DNA from: Acaryochloris marina MBIC11017
GTDB taxonomy: Bacteria; Cyanobacteriota; Cyanobacteriia; Thermosynechococcales; Thermosynechococcaceae
DNA: 32,000 nt
Assembly: GCF_000018105.1 (NCBI RefSeq)
Contig: NC_009925.1
Coordinates: 4,740,001-4,772,000, forward strand
Direction of reading: 5' to 3'
The position numbers were made by a program, and so were the translations under genes. Numbering within the stretch: the first letter of the stretch is position 1; each line of letters begins with the position of its first letter. The notes below the pieces were generated by a model. The model did not search any database. It saw nothing but the letters and a program-made list of their open reading frames with translations, and had not been told where the DNA came from. Of the stretch, positions 15,364 through 23,455 are shown one piece after another.

Positions 15364-17823
15364 ATGTTTTCATTCAATTGTTTTACCCAGAATTCCTATT
15401 GCCAAAATTCTCTCAAAAAATTAAAATATGCACTACGCAGTGCAAAATGGTTACCCGTTGCAACGTTTGCCGCTACAGCATTCAGTATTCTTGTAGCTCC
15501 TTCCGCAGCACTAGCCCAACGTAACTTTTCCCCACGTTTTAGCACTCAAGCTAGGGGGCGAACCACTATCTTCGGAAATCCGGTTACCACCTGTTCTTCG
15601 ACTATTGGTCCCAGAAGAGATATTTGTGCAGCGACTCAACAGGCGACGACAGGGAGTGGCATCGACTTCACCAACAACGGTTATTGGATGGACTATGTGG
15701 ACATTGATAGTGATGGCTCAACATTCAACTCCTCTTCAGTTACTTACAATTTCCCTACCGCGAATCCTGGCTTTAATATCGTCTGGGCAGGACTTTATTG
15801 GGCTGGGGAAACTTCAGCTGGCGCTGCAAGCGGTGGTATTCCTGCTGGTGAAGCAGCTATCGATGCTAGCAAGCGGAACGAAATGTTACTGCGTATTCCC
15901 GGATCATCAACCTATCAAACTATCACTGCAAGCACCTTAGATACGATCAATACAACCCGATATAGTGCTTTTGCGAATGTCACTTCTTTGGTGCAACAAG
16001 GGGGGAGTGGAACTTACTTTGGGGCCAATATTCAAACGGGGAAAGGTCGCGATCGCTATGGTGGCTGGGCGTTAATCGTCGTCTATCAAGATGATTCGGA
16101 AATACTGCGAAGTATGACTGTGTTTGATGGTTTTATTCAGGTTGGAAATAATATCGTTGATACTACAATCAGTGGTTTTCTAACTCCAAATGCCGGGCCG
16201 TTTGAAGCTGCATTCGGGGCGTTTATCAGTGAAGGAGATGTAGGCCTAACGGGTGACCAATTTTTGATTGATGGGGATGGTGCCAACTCCGATGGCGATG
16301 CAACGGACCAGCCTTTCGTCAATATTAGCGATGCCAATAGCCCGACGACCAATTTCTTTAACAGTTCAGCTTCTTTATTTGAGACGCGAATTGGAACCAA
16401 TACAACGGTCAACACGCCTGATGGCAAGACCCTCGGCCCCATTACCCGGAATCCCGATTATCCCAATTTGCTGGCCCTGGATATTGATATTGTGGAAGCA
16501 AAAGATGCGGCAAACAATGCGGTCATCCAAAACAACGCCACAGAAGCAGGACTGAGATTTACCAGTTCAGGGGATTTTTACTATCCCACCGCTTTCTTTT
16601 TCAGTGTTGAAGTCTTTCAACCCGTCTTGACCCAGAACTTCACCAAGACAGTGACGGATATCAACGGAGGCGATTTGAATCCCGGTGATATTTTGGAATA
16701 CACGATCACTTACCGAAATACCGGGAATGATGCGGCGACTGACGTTGTTTTGACGGATGACATTCCCACTCATACGTCTTACGAACCCAACTCTCTGGTC
16801 ATTACCACCGATCCTGATCCGACCCTGACGACTCCAGCGGCGATGGGAGATGGGACCGCAGATAATGATCGGGCTGAATTTGATAGCGTTAATAACCGCG
16901 TGGTTTTCCGGACAGGGATTGGAGCCAATGGGACCAATGGCGGAGAAGTTCCCTTTGACGACCCCAATACACCGATCGCAGAGAACGATACTGTCCAGGT
17001 CAAATTTAGAGTGAAAGTGGATGGTGATATTAACGTCTTTCCTACGACCATTTCTAACCAGGCCGCAATTGACTACAACGGTAAGTTCTCTGGCATTCCA
17101 TTCTCCGGGGTCAGTGATGACCCCACCACTCCCAATGATCCGAATGATCCGACGGATATAGATGTGGTTGAAGCCTCATCGCCCAACCTGATCTTGGTCA
17201 AACGCATCACGCGGATTAATGGCAGCACAGTCAATGGTGCCGTGAACCTAGAGAACTATGTGGATGATGCCAATAGCCCTTACGACGATAACGTGGACGA
17301 AATCCCCCCCTTTGCTGGACAATCTGATCCAAACCAGGATGACACCACCCACTGGCCAGATGCAGATGCAGCCAATGGCCCTGATGACTATCTAAAAGGA
17401 GCGATTGCTGCGGGTGAAGTCAAACCTGGAGATGAGGTTGAGTACACCATCTATTTCTTATCTACGGGGGGTAAGGATGCGATTGATGTACAGCTTTGTG
17501 ATAAAGTCCCTGCTTTGCAACGTTTTGTACTGGATGCTTATAACGCGGTAACGCCAGCGCCCAGTGGAGGTGTCGGGGCCAATCGGGGGATTGAAGTGGA
17601 GTATAACGGCACCATTTTGTCTTATACCAATGATGCCGATGGAGATACTGCTCAGTATTATCCACCTGGCTCAACTCTTCCTGCCCCTTGTAATAATGCC
17701 CCGGCTCAATCAGAAGACAATGGTGCTGTGGTGCTTGACCTAGGCACACTCCCTGAATCAACGGCTCCAGGAGCACCAACCGCCTCCTATGGCGCGTTGC
17801 GATTCCGGGCCAAGGTAAAGTAG
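15364..17823 (+). CDS. Secreted adhesin-like protein: N-terminal lectin/jelly-roll-like domain, DUF11 domain, and a C-terminal module shared with the 18194 gene
   Basis: The ORF-track start (GTG 15325) lies inside the terminator hairpin, so the first in-frame ATG at 15364 is preferred. Signal peptide: AKWLPVATFAATAFSILVAPSAALA. N-domain motifs: IVWAGLYWAGE and RYGGWALIVVYQD. DUF11 motif: DLNPGDILEYTITYRNTGNDAATDVVLTDDIP. Shared C-terminal module at 17182-17820. Confidence 0.8.
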   Translation: MFSFNCFTQNSYCQNSLKKLKYALRSAKWLPVATFAATAFSILVAPSAALAQRNFSPRFSTQARGRTTIFGNPVTTCSSTIGPRRDICAATQQATTGSGIDFTNNGYWMDYVDIDSDGSTFNSSSVTYNFPTANPGFNIVWAGLYWAGETSAGAASGGIPAGEAAIDASKRNEMLLRIPGSSTYQTITASTLDTINTTRYSAFANVTSLVQQGGSGTYFGANIQTGKGRDRYGGWALIVVYQDDSEILRSMTVFDGFIQVGNNIVDTTISGFLTPNAGPFEAAFGAFISEGDVGLTGDQFLIDGDGANSDGDATDQPFVNISDANSPTTNFFNSSASLFETRIGTNTTVNTPDGKTLGPITRNPDYPNLLALDIDIVEAKDAANNAVIQNNATEAGLRFTSSGDFYYPTAFFFSVEVFQPVLTQNFTKTVTDINGGDLNPGDILEYTITYRNTGNDAATDVVLTDDIPTHTSYEPNSLVITTDPDPTLTTPAAMGDGTADNDRAEFDSVNNRVVFRTGIGANGTNGGEVPFDDPNTPIAENDTVQVKFRVKVDGDINVFPTTISNQAAIDYNGKFSGIPFSGVSDDPTTPNDPNDPTDIDVVEASSPNLILVKRITRINGSTVNGAVNLENYVDDANSPYDDNVDEIPPFAGQSDPNQDDTTHWPDADAANGPDDYLKGAIAAGEVKPGDEVEYTIYFLSTGGKDAIDVQLCDKVPALQRFVLDAYNAVTPAPSGGVGANRGIEVEYNGTILSYTNDADGDTAQYYPPGSTLPAPCNNAPAQSEDNGAVVLDLGTLPESTAPGAPTASYGALRFRAKVK

Positions 17824-17872
17824 GCTTCTGTAACTTTGCCCCTAAAACCAATACTTAGCTAAATGCAGAGGC

Positions 17873-17919
17873 ATGAGTTCTAACAATGAACGGAACTCAT
17901 ACCTCGTTTATTTGTTTGT
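17873..17919 (+). terminator. Weak terminator-like hairpin after the 15364 gene
   Basis: ATGAGTTC (17873-17880) pairs with GAACTCAT (17893-17900), an 8-bp stem with a 12-nt loop. The T-rich run CGTTTATTTGTTTG follows. Confidence 0.4.
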
Positions 17920-17988
17920 ACTGGGCACACATTTGGCAAAAGTGAGTGGGGCTTTTTATTCACCCATGGCAAAAATGCGATTCAAAAG

Positions 17989-18043
17989 GTGAACTATAGC
18001 TATAGATGCGGACTATGGCTGTGGATAGTCAACTATAGCTATA
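17989..18043. promoter_or_regulatory. Cluster of palindromic operator-like sites about 150 nt upstream of the 18194 gene
   Basis: GT(G/C)AACTATAGCTATA occurs twice, at 17989-18004 and 18028-18043 (39-bp spacing). Each copy contains the self-complementary core TATAGCTATA; the first extends to the 12-bp palindrome CTATAGCTATAG at 17994-18005. Between the copies lies the inverted repeat GACTAT-N8-ATAGTC (18011-18030). Confidence 0.35.
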
Positions 18044-18193
18044 AAAAGTCTGCCTTAGGACCTCGACTGAGGGATCAAGATTAATGCTCTGAGCGATCTG
18101 ATTCGGGGTAAGAAGACTCTGGGATTTTCCTCTCAGAAAGCTCGTGCTGTCTTTGTTTCAGGTCGTTCAATATTAGCCAACATCCAGTAACTT

Positions 18194-21100
18194 ATGATGT
18201 TTCTCAAATTCTCTAAGCCATACTTGCCCGCTTCAATGACATTTAAGAAAATACTGACAGGTCTTATTCTATCTGGGGCTTTGGAAAGTGTTGGCTATGG
18301 CGGAGCATTACTGGCTAAGGAAACATACCCACACGCTCAGAAATATCAAGTCTCTGCCCATACCCTACTCCAAACTGACTTGGAGCAAACTTCAAATCCT
18401 CTTCATTCCGCTCGCGCAACGGATGTGGTGATTATTGATGCGGGTGTCACCAATTCCCATGCGTTGCTAAAAAATATCCCCAGTCAAGCAGCCGTTCACT
18501 ATCTCAGCCCAACTGGCGATGGATTGGAGCAGATTGGCGATATCCTCAGCAATTATCGAAATCTCAAATCAGTACATTTGCTGGCTCATGGCTCTTCAGC
18601 TCAATTGCAGCTAGGCAACTCATGGGTTAATCCCGCAACTCTCAACCATAGGGCCAAACAAGTTCAGTCGTGGCAAGCCGCGCTATCGCCAACAGCAGAT
18701 ATCTTTCTCTATGGCTGTCATGTTGCCTCTACTGTGGAAGGGAAAGCCTTTGTGTCTGACCTGGCCACTTTAACCGGCGCTGATATAGCTGCCTCAGATA
18801 ATCTGACAGGTGATGCAACCCAGGGTGGAGATTGGACCTTGGAGTATCAGTTGGGTGACCTAGAACCCCATAGGATTTCTCAGCAACTAGCCCTGTCGAA
18901 TTACGATCAGGTTTTGCAAGTTACCGTTCTCAATTTCAATGACCCAACGCCTTCTTTAGAGCCTGCCACAACGGACGTTTTTCGCTTTCAAAATGTCGCT
19001 ACTGTGGGTGGACAAAGTATTGACGCCCTAGTCACGGTTAGCAATATCAATAATGCAACCCTCACTAACTTGGATGATAATGGCTCTTTCCCTGAGCGAT
19101 TCCAACCTGTGATTCGTCATGATGGTGGAGCCAATGCCATCTCCTCTATCCGATTTGATTTTCAGCTCGTTCAAGCGGGAACAACAACTCCTTTAGCCGC
19201 GACCAATGTTTTTTTTAGTGCCCAAGACGTTGACGGTAATGGCTCTGCTAACTCTGTTAGAGAATTTGTAGAAGTCATTAACGCGGAAACTGTCTTTATC
19301 GACGACCCTACTTTTTTGGAACTCGCAGCCTCATTAGCAGGAGGAATCCGCCATCGAGTTATTAATTCCTCCAATGTGCAAAGTGGTATCGGTACGGACG
19401 ATCGCTACGAAATTTACAGTTACTTGGGGGATACCGTTACTAACTTTTCGATTGTTGCTGGTAATGATGTGGGATCTGCCAACTGTTCCGGGGCAAGCTG
19501 CCCTCGCCAAAACTCTTGGACCTTTGATATTTCCGATATTCAAGTGATCGATTTCAGTGATGCGCCATCTACTTATGGCGTTCCTTCCCATGCTGGCACT
19601 GCAGTGACTACGCTTCGACTCGGGACTGCAAGGGATGGGGATAGTGGTCCTATTCCTTCAGCCGATGCTTTAGGAGACGATAACAATGGCTCTGATGATG
19701 AGGATGGTGTTACCTTAGCCCCCCTCAATGCCAGTGATACCTCCTATTCGATTCAGGCATCGAGTCTTTCCGTCACCAATAGTACGGGAGGTCCAGCAAC
19801 CCTACACGCCTGGGTTGATTTTGATGGCAATGGTACTTTTGACTCCGATGAGTATACAAGTCAACCCGTACAGAACGGTATTAGTTCACCAGATGGAGCC
19901 TTAACCTGGTCGGGGGCTGGAGTAAGCGGAATGTCAGGGGGCACGACCACCTATGCGCGTTTCCGGATTACGACGGATGGGGGTATTAATGCCAATACTC
20001 CGGGTGGATTTGCCAGGGATGGTGAGGTGGAAGATCATGCCCTTGCGATCACAACTCCAGTCAATCCAGATATAGATAATAACTTCTGCCAGGTGAGCAG
20101 TGACATGATGTTTATCTTGGATAAATCGGGTTCCGTGAGTCTCAGTGAGCGACGATTACAACGAGATGCGGTTATGGCAATGCTCAATTACTTGGTCGAT
20201 AACAATATTACGTCTCGGGTAGGTATTGTCCGGTTTGACTCTACAAGTGCCACAGTGATCGGTTATACCGATGTAACGGCTGCTAATCTGCCTACTTTTG
20301 AAAGCGCCCTCAATACTAACTATGTCAATATTGGTGGGGGCGCCACCAATTGGGAAGCTGGATTCCAGCAGGCTATTTCCCTGGGGGTATCACCGGGCAG
20401 CCCTGATGTCGTTTTCTTCTTCGCTGATGGCAACATCAATTCGGGAGGCAGCCCGAACGATGAAGCGTTGCAATTCAAGCAGGCGGGTGCTCATATTTAT
20501 GGAATTGGTATCCAAAGTTTAGATATCGATGATTTCTTGGATATAACCGATGGTAGTAATACCACTCAATTTGACGCTGCGCTGGATAATGCTAATTCTG
20601 CCGATTATGTAGAAGTTAATAGCTATGACGACTTAGCGGACGATATGACCAGCTTGTTACGTTCACTTTGTCCACCTGCAACCAACAACCCCAATGTGTT
20701 ACTGGTCAAGCGGATCACCCGCGTGAATGGCCTCACAGAGAATGGGGGCACTAACCTCAATGTTTACGTTGATGACCCCAGCTACGAGTACGATGACAAT
20801 ACCCTCGGTAGCCCTGCGCCCACTCCCTTGGATACCGAATACTGGCCCACTCCAAGCACCTTTTTACTGGGGGCCACCAATGGAGGTCAAACCCGTCCAG
20901 GGGATGAAGTTGAGTACACCATCTATTTCCTATCAACGGGTACTTCAACGGCCGTGGGTGTTCAATTCTGCGATAAAGTTCCTAGTTTCCAAACCTTTGT
21001 GCCTGATGCGTTTAACGCCGTACCCCCTGCACCTAGTGGAGGCGTCGGAGCCAATCGGGGCATTGCAGTCGAATACAACGGCAGTCTTCTCTCATTTACC

Positions 21101-21295
21101 AACGATGCAGATGGAGATACCGCTCAGTATTATCCACCGGGTTCCACCTTGCCCGCAGTTTGTGATAATGCCCCCGCCCAAACAGAAGATAACGGTGCCA
21201 TCGTCGTCAACTTAGGTGATTTGCCCCAAGCAACGGGTGTAGGTACCCCGGCAACTTCTTATGGCGCCGTTCGGTTTCGGGCCAGAGTGAAGTAG
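18194..21295 (+). CDS. Large secreted modular adhesin-like protein: DUF4347, beta-sandwich region, GEVED domain, von Willebrand factor A domain, shared C-terminal module (1033 aa)
   Basis: DUF4347-like region at about 18419-18855: VVIIDAGV...SVHLLAHGSSAQLQLGN...DIFLYGCHVA...LATLTGADIAASDNLTG...GGDWTLEY. GEVED-type domain at about 19546-20050: DFSDAPSTYG...DDEDGV...WVDFDGNGTFD...YARFRIT...DGEVEDHAL. vWA domain with MIDAS at about 20102-20670: FILDKSGSVS...GGGATNWEAG...FFFADG. The start could instead be the ATG at 18236. Confidence 0.85.
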   Translation: MMFLKFSKPYLPASMTFKKILTGLILSGALESVGYGGALLAKETYPHAQKYQVSAHTLLQTDLEQTSNPLHSARATDVVIIDAGVTNSHALLKNIPSQAAVHYLSPTGDGLEQIGDILSNYRNLKSVHLLAHGSSAQLQLGNSWVNPATLNHRAKQVQSWQAALSPTADIFLYGCHVASTVEGKAFVSDLATLTGADIAASDNLTGDATQGGDWTLEYQLGDLEPHRISQQLALSNYDQVLQVTVLNFNDPTPSLEPATTDVFRFQNVATVGGQSIDALVTVSNINNATLTNLDDNGSFPERFQPVIRHDGGANAISSIRFDFQLVQAGTTTPLAATNVFFSAQDVDGNGSANSVREFVEVINAETVFIDDPTFLELAASLAGGIRHRVINSSNVQSGIGTDDRYEIYSYLGDTVTNFSIVAGNDVGSANCSGASCPRQNSWTFDISDIQVIDFSDAPSTYGVPSHAGTAVTTLRLGTARDGDSGPIPSADALGDDNNGSDDEDGVTLAPLNASDTSYSIQASSLSVTNSTGGPATLHAWVDFDGNGTFDSDEYTSQPVQNGISSPDGALTWSGAGVSGMSGGTTTYARFRITTDGGINANTPGGFARDGEVEDHALAITTPVNPDIDNNFCQVSSDMMFILDKSGSVSLSERRLQRDAVMAMLNYLVDNNITSRVGIVRFDSTSATVIGYTDVTAANLPTFESALNTNYVNIGGGATNWEAGFQQAISLGVSPGSPDVVFFFADGNINSGGSPNDEALQFKQAGAHIYGIGIQSLDIDDFLDITDGSNTTQFDAALDNANSADYVEVNSYDDLADDMTSLLRSLCPPATNNPNVLLVKRITRVNGLTENGGTNLNVYVDDPSYEYDDNTLGSPAPTPLDTEYWPTPSTFLLGATNGGQTRPGDEVEYTIYFLSTGTSTAVGVQFCDKVPSFQTFVPDAFNAVPPAPSGGVGANRGIAVEYNGSLLSFTNDADGDTAQYYPPGSTLPAVCDNAPAQTEDNGAIVVNLGDLPQATGVGTPATSYGAVRFRARVK

Positions 21296-21306
21296 GTCGT
21301 TGCTAC

Positions 21307-21353
21307 TTCGCACCTATTAATTGAGGTGCAAAGGCTGAATTAATAGGTGTGAA
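21307..21353. repeat. Inverted pair of the TTC(G/A)CACCTATTAATT motif forming a 16-bp hairpin between convergent genes
   Basis: TTCGCACCTATTAATT (21307-21322) pairs with AATTAATAGGTGTGAA (21338-21353), with one G-T pair and a 15-nt loop. The core is the same as in the tandem repeat at 13464-13502. No U-tract on either strand. Confidence 0.6.
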
Positions 21354-21429
21354 ATCCTAGGGGATTTAGAACTCATACCTCATCTTGACTGGAGTCATGA
21401 CCCGCTCAATTGGCGATTGTTAGGGACTC

Positions 21430-21861
21430 CTATTCTCCACCGACGCTAATTGGCGTTCCCCACATTTTGACATCCGTGAGATTGATATCAGCAATCACCG
21501 CGCCCCGTGCTTCGACGTTGTAAAGGCGGGCTCGGGTCAGGTTCACAGACTCCAAGTGGGTGAGATTGAGGCTGGCATTGGTGAGAAAAGCATCCGTTAA
21601 ATCGGCTTGTTTTAGCCGTGCCCCGGTTAAATCAGCACCTTCCAAATTCGCTTCTTGTAATTGAGCCCCGGTTAAATCCGCATTCCGCAAATCAGCGCCA
21701 ATCAGGTGAGTTTGGCGTAGATCGGCATTGGTTAGATCACACCCTGGGCAAGTATTGGTTGCTAAGAGCTGCTGCACCTGTTCAGGATCTGCTGCCTGAA
21801 CTGGACGTGCCCAAAGTAGGGGTGTGAGGAATGCAAAAGCCACTAATAGTGAGCGTTTCAT
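21430..21861 (-). CDS. Secreted (periplasmic or lumenal) pentapeptide-repeat protein
   Basis: Signal peptide: MKRSLLVAFAFLTPLLWARPVQA. Motif CPGCDL followed by consecutive A(D/N)LxG-type pentapeptides: ADLRQTHLIGADLRNADLTGAQLQEANLEGADLTGARLKQADLTDAFL. Confidence 0.85.
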   Translation of the reverse strand: MKRSLLVAFAFLTPLLWARPVQAADPEQVQQLLATNTCPGCDLTNADLRQTHLIGADLRNADLTGAQLQEANLEGADLTGARLKQADLTDAFLTNASLNLTHLESVNLTRARLYNVEARGAVIADINLTDVKMWGTPISVGGE

Positions 21862-22116
21862 CGCTTATCCTCCTTTAGCATCACTCTTCCTGGGTGTTTG
21901 CGATCGCTAAAATGATTCGGAAGAGAGGTGCCAGTTGGCGATACGGTAGAAGTCCGTACCCTTACATTTAAATCGTCCCATATTGCGAGGGGGAGAGGGG
22001 TGGAAATGTTGACACTTTTAACACAGTCATAACATTCCTCAATATTTGCCTAATTGGGGAAATATCCGTTTTTTATCCGTTAACAATCGAATAATTTTTT
22101 AAACCGTTGGCTATAT

Positions 22117-22599
22117 CTAAGAGGAAAATCTTTTAAGCACCTTTGAGATGCCAACTTTCAACAACGTTGGGACTAACTTTGGCCCCGGTAGAAACACAAT
22201 CCCCAATTGCTGCATTAACCCCAACGCGTCTCCCTGCCCCCAATGTTCGACTATTTCCCCCTGTTCTAGGCGGTCAATATGCATCACATCCAGCTTGACC
22301 CGTTTCCCCGTCGGTGGGAGTCCTTGGAATTCTCCCAAATGGGTGGCATGGAACGTCCCACAGGTAATCACTTGATCATTCGTTGCAATTACTTGTTCAA
22401 ACTGATGGTGGCTATTGGTAAAGGCGGTATAAAAGTTCATCCCAAAGGCTTTAAAGGCTTCGGCATTTAAGGGTTCTGGCATGCCAACCATATGGGCGAC
22501 AAAATTAGGAGCCAACATCTCTAAAGCTTGATCGATCTGGCGGTTATCAAAGGCAGCGTAAAACTCAAGGACGCGTTGTTGATTGTGATTGGCACTCAT
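22117..22599 (-). CDS. SnoaL-like ester cyclase / NTF2-fold protein
   Basis: The 160-aa ORF has the family-typical layout: VLEFYAAFDNRQID...LAPNFVAH...F(H)ATHLGEFQGLPPTGKRVKLDVMHIDRLEQGEIVEHWGQGD. Confidence 0.75.
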   Translation of the reverse strand: MSANHNQQRVLEFYAAFDNRQIDQALEMLAPNFVAHMVGMPEPLNAEAFKAFGMNFYTAFTNSHHQFEQVIATNDQVITCGTFHATHLGEFQGLPPTGKRVKLDVMHIDRLEQGEIVEHWGQGDALGLMQQLGIVFLPGPKLVPTLLKVGISKVLKRFSS

Positions 22600-22660
22600 A
22601 AGGTTGCTCTGGATAGATACGCAAAAGGTGGAATCGATGGCCCCGAGGCTGACGCCTGAT

Positions 22661-23365
22661 TCAGGATTTAAGACTGAGGTGATGGTTAGAGCCAGCCTTG
22701 TGTTGGGTCACCGTAAAGAGCTGGGCAACCAACTCTGCTCGCGATGATACCTCCAGCTTCCGAAACATCCGCTTGAGGGCCTGTTTAACGGAATTTTCCG
22801 TAATCCACAGTTCACGACCAATGGCCGCATTGGTTAATCCCGAGGCCACCAGCTCGGCAATTTCTAGCTCACGGGGGGTTAAGCAGTCTTGTTTCTGGGC
22901 ATTTTCCTGGTGTTTAACGGCAGCAACCCAAGTCGACAGGTGCAGGCAAATGGCGCTTAAATCTGCTAAGTCTTGGCTATCAAAAGCAGGTTTAGCTTGC
23001 TCCCGAGTCAGCCCCACGGCCCCCACTAGCTGCCCTTGGTTCACCAATGGACCAGCCATCACATGCCAGTGATCTAAACGAGGGCAAATCATCCGCCAGA
23101 CTTTGGGGGAAGTGACTAAGGATTCGTGAACGGGCGCATGACGCTCGGTGATATATCGAACCACAGGATTATGGTCAAGGGAGAGGGCGCGGTCCATCAC
23201 TTTCTGCAGTCGAGGCTCTAGGACAGAAAGCTGCTCGAAGAAAAATAGCCCTTGCCGTGTACTAGCAAAGTAATGGCCCAGTTGGGGAATGACTTGTTGT
23301 CGTAATGCCTGTTCGGTGGGGGCTTGATGAATGGCGGCAAATAACGCTTGAATCGTGATCATCAC
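22661..23365 (-). CDS. LuxR-family transcriptional regulator with an N-terminal GAF-like sensor domain
   Basis: The C-terminal GerE/LuxR HTH is LTPRELEIAELVASGLTNAAIGRELWITENSVKQALKRMFRKLEV. The N-terminal roughly 160 aa is GAF-like (LVGAVGLTRE). The gene is divergent from the rhodanese gene. Confidence 0.85.
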   Translation of the reverse strand: MMITIQALFAAIHQAPTEQALRQQVIPQLGHYFASTRQGLFFFEQLSVLEPRLQKVMDRALSLDHNPVVRYITERHAPVHESLVTSPKVWRMICPRLDHWHVMAGPLVNQGQLVGAVGLTREQAKPAFDSQDLADLSAICLHLSTWVAAVKHQENAQKQDCLTPRELEIAELVASGLTNAAIGRELWITENSVKQALKRMFRKLEVSSRAELVAQLFTVTQHKAGSNHHLSLKS

Positions 23366-23455
23366 AATGCCTCAAAGAGTACCCGATCGAGGACTGGGTC
23401 TGGGTGGCCTACTTCCCTAATCTTAGCGGTAGTTCTTTTCACGGGAGTACCGTCC

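Noticed and set aside
17462-17851. 129-aa minus-strand ORF, and similar antisense ORFs (16137-16442, 16779-17051, 22698-23072, 27880-28278)
   Set aside because: All are embedded antisense to genes with strong domain evidence, and none has motifs of its own.
23348-23455. ORF-track start of the rhodanese gene at 23348, overlapping the divergent LuxR gene start
   Set aside because: The extension encodes a non-conserved basic or low-complexity stretch. Rhodanese homology begins right after the internal ATG at 23456 (MSQYAHPEVLVDTQWL).
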